A DNA stretch of 64,000 bases from a bacterium. Its GTDB lineage: Bacteria > Patescibacteriota > JABMPQ01 > JBDRIV01. The position numbers were made by a program, and so were the translations under genes. Below, piece after piece: positions 27,848 through 38,127 of the stretch. The notes beneath the pieces were generated by a model. The model was not told the DNA's origin and did no database searches. It saw only the letters and a program-made list of their open reading frames with translations. The stretch spans positions 62,239-126,238 of the forward strand of contig JBDRIV010000003.1 of assembly GCA_043815505.1 (NCBI GenBank), in the 5' to 3' direction. Position 1 is the first letter of the stretch, and the number at the start of each line of letters is the position of its first letter.

Positions 27848-29341
27848 TTAGGATAGATAATCAATTAGCAGTCTAACACCGTAGCCATTTCCATAACCAC
27901 TTTGTGGTTCATAAGCCTTTTTACCCGTAGATCGGAATGCACCAGCAATATCTAAATGAGCCCACTTAGCGTTCTTTATGAAGTGCTCCAAGAAAGCGGC
28001 TCCCATAATTACTTGCGCATCACGAGCACTACCAGAAGTAAAAGCATTTTTAATGTCAGCTTTTTGTGATTCTATTAGTGGTCGGTACTCATCAGATAAT
28101 GGTAGACGCCAAAGTTTTTCCGCTGTTTTTTCTCCCGCTTTTATTAACTGGGTATTTAGAGTTTCGTCGTTAGAAAATATTGCTGCCATTTCAAAACCAA
28201 GTGCTAAAATCACCGCACCGGTTAAAGTTGCTAAATCAATTATTTTAGTTGGCTTAATTTTATCTTCAGCATAAGCAATGGCATCAGCAAGTAGTAATCG
28301 ACCTTCCGCATCAGTATTTAGAATTTCCACATTCGTTCCATTATAGGCTTTAATAACGCTACTTGGTTTATAAGCATTTCCGCCCAAAGCATTTTCTGCC
28401 AAAGGAATAATGGCAGTAAGATTTTTCTTTAATCCTAATTGTGCTGCCACTTTTATAGTTTCTAAAACTACGGCTGCTCCTGCCATGTCGGTATGCATTT
28501 CTTCTAAATTTCCGCCGGAAGATGGTTTTAAATTCACGCCACCAGTATCATAAGTTACACCCTTACCAATTAAAGCGATGTTTTCTTTACCGCGAGCATT
28601 TCCTTTGTAAGATATAACTATCATTTTTGATTCATGAGCACTGGCTCGACCAACTATTAAAATTAAGTTGGCACCAAGTTTAGCTAATTCTTTTTCATCC
28701 AAAATTTCTATTTTAACTTTGGGAATGTTTTTCAATTCCTGTTCGCAATATTTGGCAAAGCCAGCAGGATTTATTTCGTCGGAAGTATCATTTTGCAAAT
28801 CGCGAGCAGTATTTACTCCTGCGCATATCAACTTAGCCTTCTGCAAAGCATTTTCTAAACTTTTATTGAGGCGATTGTAAACTAATTTTATATTTTCAAC
28901 TTTAATTTCCTCTGTATTTGGCTTTTTATATTTATCAAATTTATAATCGGCTAACCAGATTCCTTCTGCTAAAACTTGTACAACATCAGTAGCTTTGGCA
29001 CCTTGGGGAAATGTTGGCAGTAAAATGCTGGCCGCTTTGCGACTTTGATTTTGTAAATAATTCTTTACGCCAGCTCCAGCTCGACGCAAAGTTTCTAAAG
29101 TAGCCAATTTATATTCACCTAAACCAACCAGAATAACAGTTTGATGTTTGGCAACAGAAATTTGTGTAATAGAATTTTGTGCATAAGAAAATTTTGCTTC
29201 TTTGATTAGTTGATTTAATTCTTTGGTTGTTTCAGTATCAAAAATTCTCGCAGGAATTACTGATTTGTCTTTATAGGCCAGCAGAACTGAAACTTGAGGA
29301 ATTTTTTTATCTTTGTTGTTTTTCAGTGTAATATTTATCAT
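27848..29341 (-). CDS. pepA: Leucyl aminopeptidase (M17)
   Basis: 497 aa with the NTDAEGRL signature. Confidence 0.85.
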   Translation of the reverse strand: MINITLKNNKDKKIPQVSVLLAYKDKSVIPARIFDTETTKELNQLIKEAKFSYAQNSITQISVAKHQTVILVGLGEYKLATLETLRRAGAGVKNYLQNQSRKAASILLPTFPQGAKATDVVQVLAEGIWLADYKFDKYKKPNTEEIKVENIKLVYNRLNKSLENALQKAKLICAGVNTARDLQNDTSDEINPAGFAKYCEQELKNIPKVKIEILDEKELAKLGANLILIVGRASAHESKMIVISYKGNARGKENIALIGKGVTYDTGGVNLKPSSGGNLEEMHTDMAGAAVVLETIKVAAQLGLKKNLTAIIPLAENALGGNAYKPSSVIKAYNGTNVEILNTDAEGRLLLADAIAYAEDKIKPTKIIDLATLTGAVILALGFEMAAIFSNDETLNTQLIKAGEKTAEKLWRLPLSDEYRPLIESQKADIKNAFTSGSARDAQVIMGAAFLEHFIKNAKWAHLDIAGAFRSTGKKAYEPQSGYGNGYGVRLLIDYLS

Positions 29342-29342
29342 A

Positions 29343-30275
29343 TTATTTTTCCTTATCTTGCTCCATTAAAAAATGGTAGGCGGAAAGTAGAGCTTTAATG
29401 GCATCACCTACCGAAATATTATTTTGTTTATAAAGTGAGTCACAAACATCACCAGCCGTATAAAGCCCGGGAGTTTTATCCACCGCAAATGTTTTATGAT
29501 TTACAACTACTTCGCCTCTCTCATTAATATCAGCCAAAGTTTTTACAATTTCTGAATTGGGCACGGAGCCGATTTCTACAAAAACTCCTTGTACAGGAAC
29601 TTCCATTTTTTCTTTAGTGTCCACGTCTTCCAATACCAAAGCTTCTACTATAGTCTCACCTTTTACCTCAACAGGAGATTTGTTAAGTGTTATTGTAACT
29701 TTTTCTTCTTTCTGAATTTTGTTTACCGAACCTTCGTCAGCTTTCAGTTTTTTATTGCGGTCAAAATGTTGAATGGACTTTGCATATGGAAGTAAATCAA
29801 TTACTGCTTCCACGCCAGCATTTCCACCACCAATTACGGCTACATCGCGGTCGCGAAAAAGTGGTGCATCACAGGTAGAACAATAAACCACGCCTCTGCC
29901 TTCAAACTTTTCTTCACCTGGAATTCCGAGGCGGCGGCGGCGTGATCCAGCCACCACAACCACAGCGCGAGCTTCGTAAATTTCTTTAGCAGTTTTTAAT
30001 TTAAAAATTTCTCCCTCTTTGGTAACTTCCTCAACTTTTTCACCTTCATGAATATCCACCATGTCTTTATAATCTTCCAGATGCTCGGTTAAAGATTTAG
30101 CTAACTCCACACCAGAAATTGCTTTGTGACCAATCCAATTTCTCACATCATCAGAAACCAAAGACTGTCCGCCAATGTTATCGGTTAGAAAAATAGTTTT
30201 TAATTTTTTTCGTCCAGCATAGACACCAGCAGCTACTCCGCCAGGTCCCCCACCAATAATTGCAATGTCATACAT
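29343..30275 (-). CDS. trxB: Thioredoxin-disulfide reductase
   Basis: 310 aa. FAD motif GGGPGG, redox-active CSTC, and NADPH motif GGGNAG. Confidence 0.85.
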   Translation of the reverse strand: MYDIAIIGGGPGGVAAGVYAGRKKLKTIFLTDNIGGQSLVSDDVRNWIGHKAISGVELAKSLTEHLEDYKDMVDIHEGEKVEEVTKEGEIFKLKTAKEIYEARAVVVVAGSRRRRLGIPGEEKFEGRGVVYCSTCDAPLFRDRDVAVIGGGNAGVEAVIDLLPYAKSIQHFDRNKKLKADEGSVNKIQKEEKVTITLNKSPVEVKGETIVEALVLEDVDTKEKMEVPVQGVFVEIGSVPNSEIVKTLADINERGEVVVNHKTFAVDKTPGLYTAGDVCDSLYKQNNISVGDAIKALLSAYHFLMEQDKEK

Positions 30276-30371
30276 TGTTTATGATTAATTCATTTAGTGA
30301 GTTTAACAAGAATTTTTGGTTTTGGCAATGAAAAAGGCCAAAGATTTCTCTTCGGCCTTAGAACATTCAAG

Positions 30372-31379
30372 TCAACTCTCTTGAATGATTTTGATTAGTG
30401 CCATGATACAGGGATTATCGCTATCTTGTTGCAGTCTCGGAATTGCTTCTTTTCCGGTTTTCAAAACAACTTTCATTGCAAAAACTACAACCAATGGTAA
30501 GTCTTTGGGATTGGTGATGCTGTTACACTGTTCCTTAATTACTTTCAATGCTTGATCCAAAACAGTCAGATCGATTCTTTCTATTGAATTAAGTGCACCT
30601 TCCATTAAAAGCGCTATAGCAAGTTTGTTATTTTCTTGTATGGCTTTTATGCATGCTTCTTCAACAGTAGCTACAGAAAAAAAGAAATCTTTCAGATGCT
30701 CAGATTCATCGCTTATTCCTTTCTCATTTATGAGATCCGTAATGAAACTTCTAAATTTCAAGATGTAGAAATCTTCTGAATACGAAGATTGTGGATTGTT
30801 TTGAACACTAACAAATTTATGTAAAAGTTTTGCCTGGTCATTATTTATCACATCCTGTAAGCTTTTGCAGATTTCCCGAACTCTAGGGCTTTGGCATATT
30901 GCCAAAGTAAATTCGATTTTATCTTTAGCCCTGTCAATGTCACCCTGGAGAAAATAGATACTACCCAAATTTAAATGAGCCATCTCTACAATTTCTGAAT
31001 TTTGAGCAAGGACCTTATCAGATTCTATAATCTCGTTAAAACATCTAATTGCTTCGCTATAGTTACCAGTTTCTTTGTAGGCCAGTCCCAAACAATTAAG
31101 TATCACCAATCTCATTTCCTGATTATGTGCACCTCGATATGCGTCTTCCAGAAGAGGAATTGCTCCATCATAGTCATCGGCTTTAAAACGTTCCGTACCT
31201 TTTCTTAGATTATCGATAGCTATGAAATTTGATCTACCTTCTTCAGAATTTAAATCTGTGTTTAACTGATTACTTGTTTTTTTGGTTGATTGTTGAGTTG
31301 ATTGTTGAGTTGAACAACCCACGAACGAAAACAGAACCAGAAGAACCAGAAAATCATTAATTAACTTTTTCATGACCAA
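30372..31379 (-). CDS. TPR-repeat lipoprotein
   Basis: 335 aa. Signal peptide with lipobox (FVGC) and several TPR-like repeats. Followed by a hairpin terminator at about 30322-30352. Confidence 0.55.
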   Translation of the reverse strand: MVMKKLINDFLVLLVLFSFVGCSTQQSTQQSTKKTSNQLNTDLNSEEGRSNFIAIDNLRKGTERFKADDYDGAIPLLEDAYRGAHNQEMRLVILNCLGLAYKETGNYSEAIRCFNEIIESDKVLAQNSEIVEMAHLNLGSIYFLQGDIDRAKDKIEFTLAICQSPRVREICKSLQDVINNDQAKLLHKFVSVQNNPQSSYSEDFYILKFRSFITDLINEKGISDESEHLKDFFFSVATVEEACIKAIQENNKLAIALLMEGALNSIERIDLTVLDQALKVIKEQCNSITNPKDLPLVVVFAMKVVLKTGKEAIPRLQQDSDNPCIMALIKIIQES

Positions 31380-31479
31380 CCCTCCTTGTTGTTAGATTAT
31401 CACCGCATCAAACACCTTATAAAAACCTATATTTTTAAACGAACATTTCTGTCAAATTTACATTATTGATATAAACATG

Positions 31480-32511
31480 TCAAATCATTAATTGTTTTTC
31501 AGCCCACTGGGCATGATGCCGAACAAGTTTAGACTTATGTTTTAGACCTATGGCAATTCCTAGAAGAGCTTCCTTGTCTCCCCAATTACCAAGAGCTATC
31601 ATTACATTTCTAAGAAATCCCTCGTAGCCGGCGCGGCGGACGGGACTTTTCTTAGTCATTTCCAAAAACTCTTCTTCCGAAAGTTTAGCCAAATCATTTA
31701 GTTTGGGAGTTAAGAACTCTTTGCGTACAACAAATTCTGGCATAGTGCTTCCGGTTAATTTTTTATTCCACGGACAAACTTCTTGGCAAATATCACAACC
31801 AAAAATTCTATTTTTCATCTGCTTACGAAACTCTTCGAGAATTTCTCCTTTCCATTCAATTGTAAGATAGGCCAAACATTTTCTGGCATCAATTTCTCTA
31901 TCTTTTATAATGGCACCGGTTGGACAATTTGTCAGACACATTGTGCAGCCACCACAACTTTCTTTGATTTCATTTCTACTTTCATTTTCCAGTTTTGCGT
32001 CGCAAATTATTTCTATTAGAAATACAAATGAACCTATTTGCGGGTTTATTAAATTAGTATTCTTACCAATAAACCCATGACCGGATTCTCGTGCAAAATC
32101 TCTTTCCAAAATTGGACCAGTATCGATATAAAATTTACTTTTTAAATTTTCAATTCTACTTTCTAAATAGCGAATATATTCTTTAACTTTTTTAGTTAAA
32201 ACTTTATGGTAGTCGTCTGCCAAAGCATAGCGAGCAATCACACCACAGGAAGGATCACTTACTTTTTCATCAACAGTTTCTTCTATCCGATATGAAACTA
32301 TTAAAGAAATAATTGTTTTGGCACCGGGCAATATTTTTTCTGGATGAAGTCTTCTGTCTTCGTCACGTTTCAACCATTCCATATCGCCGTGCATATCCTT
32401 TTCTATCCATTTAGAAAAATGACGACCTGTTTTTGGTCGCTTGAGATTTATTGCTCGAGCCTCATAAAATCCAAATTCTTTGGCTTTATCTAATTCTGTT
32501 TGGGTTATCAT
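31480..32511 (-). CDS. queG: Epoxyqueuosine reductase QueG
   Basis: 343 aa. Two 4Fe-4S ferredoxin motifs (CGGCTMCLTNCP, CDICQEVCP) and a HEAT-like C-terminus. Confidence 0.8.
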   Translation of the reverse strand: MITQTELDKAKEFGFYEARAINLKRPKTGRHFSKWIEKDMHGDMEWLKRDEDRRLHPEKILPGAKTIISLIVSYRIEETVDEKVSDPSCGVIARYALADDYHKVLTKKVKEYIRYLESRIENLKSKFYIDTGPILERDFARESGHGFIGKNTNLINPQIGSFVFLIEIICDAKLENESRNEIKESCGGCTMCLTNCPTGAIIKDREIDARKCLAYLTIEWKGEILEEFRKQMKNRIFGCDICQEVCPWNKKLTGSTMPEFVVRKEFLTPKLNDLAKLSEEEFLEMTKKSPVRRAGYEGFLRNVMIALGNWGDKEALLGIAIGLKHKSKLVRHHAQWAEKQLMI

Positions 32512-33101
32512 TTTTTACGTCTATAAGTTTCGAAAGAATATTTTATCATTTCTCCCGATTTAATTTCTTTGCTTTCGTGATCTTCCTTTTCAACCAGTTC
32601 CCATTCATCCCAGTTTATGTCTGGATAAAAAGTGTCGGCATCAAATTCCTTATGGATTCTGGTTAGTTCAAAAGTATCAGCGACTGCCATGCCCAGTTTA
32701 TAAATTGTGGCGCCACCAGTTATAAAGGCTTTTTTGTAACCTTTAGCGTTTACATACTCAATAGATTTTTTAAAATCGTTTAGAACTGTTGCGCCTTCTG
32801 CTTTATAACCTTCTTGCAAAGATAAAACAATATTTTCTCTTCCGGGCAGTGGCCTGGCATTGTCGGGAAGAGATTCAAAAGTTTTGTCTCCCATAATACA
32901 AGGATGGCCCATGGTTTTGGCTTTAAAATGCCAGAAATCTTCCTTGATGTACCAAGGAATGTCGTTGTTTTTACCGATGGCCATATTCTTAGCCACGGCG
33001 ACGATAACAATAATTTCTGTTGTCATTAGGGTTCGTAAAGAAATAAGTTTTTCAATTTTTCGTTCAGATTTGCGCCAGATTTGCCAAATTTGATTGAACA
33101 A
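32508..33101 (-). CDS. folA: Dihydrofolate reductase
   Basis: 197 aa. IVAVAKNMAIGKNNDIPW and the overall DHFR pattern. Overlaps queG and is adjacent to thyA. Confidence 0.85.
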   Translation of the reverse strand: MFNQIWQIWRKSERKIEKLISLRTLMTTEIIVIVAVAKNMAIGKNNDIPWYIKEDFWHFKAKTMGHPCIMGDKTFESLPDNARPLPGRENIVLSLQEGYKAEGATVLNDFKKSIEYVNAKGYKKAFITGGATIYKLGMAVADTFELTRIHKEFDADTFYPDINWDEWELVEKEDHESKEIKSGEMIKYSFETYRRKK

Positions 33102-33213
33102 AACTCGAATTGTAGCTTGTTGCTACAATGAGAATTTTGTGATTGATAATTTGGCAAAGATGATGTGAAGATGAAATGCAAAATGGAAAAGTTATTTTTT
33201 TATGAACCCTTAC

Positions 33214-34080
33214 TTAAACTGCAATATCAAATTTAATACGTGGATGATGTTCGTAGTTTTCTACTTCGGAATCTGTGTACTCCCAATCAAAAATTGATTT
33301 AAAATTTTCTGTTTTCAAGGTAGGAAGTTTTTTCGGCTCCCGCAACAACTGCTCTTTTAAACCATTAACATGGTTTTCAAATACATGCGTGTCAGCTAAA
33401 AAGCCAACCAATTTTCCTTCTGCAAAACCAGTTTCTTTAGCAAGTAAATGAAGGAGAAGCGCGTAACTGGCAATATTAAATGGTAATCCCAGCGCTACGT
33501 CAATTGATCGTTGGTTCCAAAGCAAATTTAGTTTTCCGTTTATGGTGGTAACTTGCCAAGTATAATGGCAAGGAGGTAGAGCCATGCGATGAAAATCAAC
33601 TGGGTTCCAAGCCGAAACTATCATGCGTCGATCATCAGGATTTTTTTTCAACATTTCCACCACATTTTTTAGTTGATCAATTCCCTTACCTTTTACCGGC
33701 TTATTATGTTCTACATATTCAGCTCCGAAGTTTCGCCACTGCCATCCATAAATTGGTCCGAGCTCCGGTTCTTCCATCATCTGTTTCTGAATTTTTGAAT
33801 CATGACTATAAGGTACTTTTTCTGGCGAACACCATTCATCCCAAATATGGTTTTTCCGCTCGCGCAACCAATCTTTGTCAGTTATACCTTTAATAAAAAA
33901 TTCTAATTCAGAAGAAACTAGACGAAGAGGAACGCTTTTAGTTGTTAACAATGGATAACCTTTAGACATTTCGTGTTCAAAAATAACTCCAGCCATGGTG
34001 TAAGCCTTGGTTCCCTGACGAGTTTCTTTTAAAATCCCTTCATCTAGAACTTTTTTAACGATATCTAAATAAGCTTTCAT
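33214..34080 (-). CDS. thyA: Thymidylate synthase (ThyA type)
   Basis: 288 aa with the active-site MALPPCH motif. Confidence 0.9.
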   Translation of the reverse strand: MKAYLDIVKKVLDEGILKETRQGTKAYTMAGVIFEHEMSKGYPLLTTKSVPLRLVSSELEFFIKGITDKDWLRERKNHIWDEWCSPEKVPYSHDSKIQKQMMEEPELGPIYGWQWRNFGAEYVEHNKPVKGKGIDQLKNVVEMLKKNPDDRRMIVSAWNPVDFHRMALPPCHYTWQVTTINGKLNLLWNQRSIDVALGLPFNIASYALLLHLLAKETGFAEGKLVGFLADTHVFENHVNGLKEQLLREPKKLPTLKTENFKSIFDWEYTDSEVENYEHHPRIKFDIAV

Positions 34081-35297
34081 TATTTTGCAAAAATTTTAAT
34101 TATCTCGTTAGCGCCGTAATCGGAAACATACAGCGCTCCGTCTGGTCCCTCTATTATATCAACCGGTTCAGTAAAACCATCAATGAAAGGCAAAACTTCT
34201 GCTTCATACAAGCCACTTTTTCTGGTGAGTTTCACACGGACGATTTCTTGTCCGGCTTCACCATCTTCAGATTTTTTAGATAAAACTACAAATAAATTAT
34301 GAAAATATTCTTTGGGTAAATTGTTGCCGGTATAAAATGTTAATCCGCGAACTTCTGTTCCAGCTGGAAATGTCAGCAGTGGTCGTTTAGCTTTAGTGCA
34401 ATCTAAACCGTTGCAATTTGGCCAACCATAATCGCCGCCGAGCGTCACCAAATTCAATTCTTCCATTTTGTCATCGCCCTCACTCACACTATCAACTACA
34501 AATAAATCACCAGTCAGAGGATGAAAAGCGATAGCAAAAGGATTGTAAAATCCAGAAGCAAATGGTTCAACATTTTTTCCATCTGGTAAAATGCGCATAA
34601 TTTTTCCTTCTTCTCCCACTTCAGTGCTGGTAGCACCTTGTGCAATATATAAAGCACTATTTCTAAATTCCAAACCAAGAGTTTGTCTAGCACCAACTGG
34701 TAAGCCGGTTAAGATATCTTCGCGGTAATCAACCAAATCATTATCATTGGTATCAGCTAAAATACTAACCGTAGCTTTACTTGAGACATACAGCTGATTA
34801 TTGTGATAAGCAATTCCGATTGGTGAATCAAGACCGGTAAAAAATACTTGGGAATTGGTTATTTCATTTTCATCTGATCGTATTATAAATATGTGGCCGT
34901 CGGCCGAAGTGGCATAAAGTTCTCCCTCTGATCCAAAAGATAAAGAAATTGGTCGAGAAATATTTTTGGCATAAACCGTTTTGCTTAAACCACTAAACTC
35001 TTCTGCTGTTTCATTTTCTTTTTCAGTCGTTTCTGGTGGCACCCATGAATTTATTTCAGTAGGAACTGTGGCGCGACCAGCCATTATTTTTGAGGTGGTA
35101 ACACTTTGTTGTTCAGTAAAATTTACTTGGGGGAAAATTGTTCCGCGATAATAAAAGCCAACACCAAGCAAAACCAAAATTACTGGTAAAACTGAGGACC
35201 AAATTCTAATATATTTTTTTCTTTGGATACGTTTAAAATGAGCTGATTTTTTTACAGCTCTCTTGGTGGCCGGATTAATAAAATTAATATTACTCAT
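34080..35297 (-). CDS. Membrane-anchored PQQ-dependent sugar (glucose/sorbosone) dehydrogenase-family beta-propeller protein
   Basis: 405 aa. N-terminal TM helix, propeller blades, and the GGDYGWP signature of the SGL/GSDH family. Confidence 0.55.
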   Translation of the reverse strand: MSNINFINPATKRAVKKSAHFKRIQRKKYIRIWSSVLPVILVLLGVGFYYRGTIFPQVNFTEQQSVTTSKIMAGRATVPTEINSWVPPETTEKENETAEEFSGLSKTVYAKNISRPISLSFGSEGELYATSADGHIFIIRSDENEITNSQVFFTGLDSPIGIAYHNNQLYVSSKATVSILADTNDNDLVDYREDILTGLPVGARQTLGLEFRNSALYIAQGATSTEVGEEGKIMRILPDGKNVEPFASGFYNPFAIAFHPLTGDLFVVDSVSEGDDKMEELNLVTLGGDYGWPNCNGLDCTKAKRPLLTFPAGTEVRGLTFYTGNNLPKEYFHNLFVVLSKKSEDGEAGQEIVRVKLTRKSGLYEAEVLPFIDGFTEPVDIIEGPDGALYVSDYGANEIIKIFAK

Positions 35298-35298
35298 T

Positions 35299-35934
35299 TT
35301 AAAATCTTGTTGTTTTTGGTAAAGCTACTGCTTTGTTGCCTGCCAATTTTACAAAAGCATCGCCGTAGCTACTTGCTCCCACAATACTACCATAATGCAT
35401 CGGGATTACAATTTCGGCGGATATTTTTTTGGTGGCCGCAACAGCTTCTTCTTTACTCATGGTGTAAGTACCGCCCACTGGTAACAGCGCTACATTTGTT
35501 TTTACTTTTTCCATTTCGGGAATTAGATCTGTATCGCCGGCGTGATAATAAATTGTATCATCAACCTCAACAATATAACCAACCCATTTTTTAGCTTTCG
35601 GATGAAAGTCTTTATCAATGTTATAAGCGGGAATTGTTTTAATGGTCAAACCTTGTACAACTTTATAACCATTGGGCTCAATGGCAATAACTTCTTTATC
35701 CAGTTCGCGGGCACAATCTGCTGAAGCTATAATTTCAGTTTCAGCTTTTATAATTTTTTCTACCGCCTCTTTATCACAATGATCGTAGTGAGAATGCGTA
35801 ATCAGAATTATGTCTGCCGGTGGTGCACCATCAGGAATTTGGTATGGGTCAAAATAAACCACCTTACTCCCCTTTACCACAAAACTTGAATGGCCCATCC
35901 ATTTTAAATTCCTAATATGATGACTTGATAACAT
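35299..35934 (-). CDS. MBL-fold metallo-hydrolase
   Basis: 211 aa with the HxHxDH motif (ITHSHYDHCD). Confidence 0.7.
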   Translation of the reverse strand: MLSSHHIRNLKWMGHSSFVVKGSKVVYFDPYQIPDGAPPADIILITHSHYDHCDKEAVEKIIKAETEIIASADCARELDKEVIAIEPNGYKVVQGLTIKTIPAYNIDKDFHPKAKKWVGYIVEVDDTIYYHAGDTDLIPEMEKVKTNVALLPVGGTYTMSKEEAVAATKKISAEIVIPMHYGSIVGASSYGDAFVKLAGNKAVALPKTTRF

Positions 35935-36291
35935 TTAGTCCTTTTTCTTTTTCTTCTTTTTAATGAAAAAACTGGTAATAAGTGACACCAACCACATTAA
36001 TAAGGCAAAAACAATGGCGGTGGTAAAACCATCAATCTCAAATCCATCTACTATATAACTAACGAGCCATACCATTAAGGCATTGATTATAAAAGTGAAA
36101 AGACCGAGCGTCATTAATCTGATTGGCATCGAAAGCAACATTAGAATTGGTCTAATTACGGCATTTACCAAGCCAAGAATAACAGCGGCAATTAAGGCCT
36201 TGGTAAAAGAATCAACCGACACACCGGGCATATAGTATGAAATTAGCAAAATGGCTACCGTGTTTGCGAGTAAACGTATTATTAAGGACAT
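35935..36291 (-). CDS. DUF360 / phage-holin-family-4-like small membrane protein with C-terminal poly-Lys tail
   Basis: 118 aa, 4 TM. The gene ends in KKKKKKKD encoded by a long A/G homopolymeric tract. Confidence 0.45.
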   Translation of the reverse strand: MSLIIRLLANTVAILLISYYMPGVSVDSFTKALIAAVILGLVNAVIRPILMLLSMPIRLMTLGLFTFIINALMVWLVSYIVDGFEIDGFTTAIVFALLMWLVSLITSFFIKKKKKKKD

Positions 36292-36353
36292 ATAAGTTAT
36301 TTTAAGTATTTGCTTTTATTATAACGAAAAACGAGCTTCTTTTCAAAGCTCGT

Positions 36354-36800
36354 TTAGTTGTGAGATATTGATTGTATTAACCAGGGCTTATTTGTGCCCG
36401 TCCCCACCGGTTGCGTTAAAAATATTTTATAGGAATTTCCGCCATGTTCTACCAAAACTTCCGCTTGGCTATTTTCCCCATTGACGGCAGAGTAACTTAA
36501 CTCAAAATTATCTTCTGCTAAAAAACCATAATCACGAGATTCAGTAATGGCAGCCAGTAATGGATCTTGGCGCCAAATATTTTTTTCTTCTTCAAAGTCA
36601 GTTCTCACCGCCGCCAACTTGTCATCTGCAAATTCTATCATTCCTATCGAAATGCCATTTTTGTCAGCTGTTATTTCTTGACCCTCGGTTACTGCCAATT
36701 CTTTAGTGACATTTTCAAGACAACCGCTTGTTACTAAGGCGGTTGTTAAAATCAAAATTGTTATTAGAAACTTATTCATTATTCTTCGGTTACTATGCAT
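36354..36800 (-). CDS. Hypothetical lipoprotein
   Basis: 148 aa. Signal peptide plus lipobox (VTSGC). Confidence 0.4.
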   Translation of the reverse strand: MHSNRRIMNKFLITILILTTALVTSGCLENVTKELAVTEGQEITADKNGISIGMIEFADDKLAAVRTDFEEEKNIWRQDPLLAAITESRDYGFLAEDNFELSYSAVNGENSQAEVLVEHGGNSYKIFLTQPVGTGTNKPWLIQSISHN

Positions 36801-37210
36801 CTGATGTCTGGTTTAACAAATTTAAAACTAATCCATTTAGAATTTTTTGGCAAGAGGTCAGCAATTTTATCAGCCCATTCCACAATTACCAATCCGTGTT
36901 TATCATCAAGAATTTCTTCCCAGCCAATAACTTTTAATTCTTCGCGATCAGAAATCCTATAAGCATCAAAATGATAAACTGTTTTAATATTATTAAAAGT
37001 TTCTGGCAGTTTGTATCTTTTCATTAAAACAAAGGTGGGACTAACAATTCTGTTTTTCACTCCCAGAGATCGAATTAAACTTTGAGAAAAAGTTGTTTTG
37101 CCGCCGCCCAAATCTCCGCGCAAAGCAATTAAATCACCAGCTTTAAAATCTTTGGCTAATTTTGTGGCCAAAGCACGAGTATCATTTATAGAACGAGAAG
37201 TAATCTCCAT
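36779..37210 (-). CDS. tsaE: tRNA threonylcarbamoyladenosine biosynthesis protein TsaE
   Basis: 143 aa with P-loop GDLGGGKTTF. Confidence 0.8.
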   Translation of the reverse strand: MEITSRSINDTRALATKLAKDFKAGDLIALRGDLGGGKTTFSQSLIRSLGVKNRIVSPTFVLMKRYKLPETFNNIKTVYHFDAYRISDREELKVIGWEEILDDKHGLVIVEWADKIADLLPKNSKWISFKFVKPDIRCIVTEE

Positions 37211-38028
37211 TAGAAATAAAATCTAGCAATTAAAACAAGTAAACCAGCGCCAATTACATAAAGAGCGAAACCAAAGAGAGTGTATTTTTTTAAAATTTTC
37301 ATCAAGAAATAAACGGCCAAATAACCAGAAGCAAAGGCAAATAACATTCCCAAAATTGCTTCGTTCCAATTTAAAATTGTGTTTTCAGCCAAAAGCTTGG
37401 AGCCTTCTAGGACCACAGCCCCAAGGATTGCTGGCAATGATAAAAGGAAAGCAAAGCGGGCAGCATTAGTACGCGTTAAACCACGAGCCATGCCAGCCAC
37501 AATAGTAGCGCCTGATCGCGAAACACCCGGTAGCAGCGCAATACTTTGGGCAACACCAATTATCAAAACATCAAGCCAACGCAAACCACTAAGTTCCTTC
37601 TTTTGTAAAATGGAATTGAATTTTTTCTCTATTAAAATAAACACAAAACCTAAAATAATTAGAAAAGAACCGACCCACAAAGCGTCACGGAAAAACTCTG
37701 ATACCAAATCTTCAGCTAAAAAACCAATAATGACAACTGGAATTGTACCCAGCACAATCCACCAAGCCAGTTTCTGTTCACCGCTTCCTTTTTTAAATAT
37801 TCCGGATAAAATTTTTATAATATCTGTCCAAAAATAAATTACCACCGCAAAAAATGTTCCGAGGTGTAACATCACATCAAAAAATATGCCCTGATCGGTC
37901 AAATGAAATAAATCACGGGCAATAACTAAATGTCCTGACGAAGAAATGGGAAGAAATTCCGTCAGGCCTTGAATGATTCCTAAAATTATAACTTCAATTA
38001 TATCCATAGGTTTATAAACTATTGACAT
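37210..38028 (-). CDS. uppP: Undecaprenyl-diphosphatase (UppP/BacA)
   Basis: 272 aa. Motifs GVSRSGATI and 8 TM helices. Confidence 0.9.
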   Translation of the reverse strand: MSIVYKPMDIIEVIILGIIQGLTEFLPISSSGHLVIARDLFHLTDQGIFFDVMLHLGTFFAVVIYFWTDIIKILSGIFKKGSGEQKLAWWIVLGTIPVVIIGFLAEDLVSEFFRDALWVGSFLIILGFVFILIEKKFNSILQKKELSGLRWLDVLIIGVAQSIALLPGVSRSGATIVAGMARGLTRTNAARFAFLLSLPAILGAVVLEGSKLLAENTILNWNEAILGMLFAFASGYLAVYFLMKILKKYTLFGFALYVIGAGLLVLIARFYF

Positions 38029-38127
38029 TTTAACAGATTTTTAGCTTAAAACAAGCTCAATTGTGCACTTTTGTAATGCTTGACACTGCGTGTTACGAAG
38101 GATAAACTAATATGATAACTATTTTTT

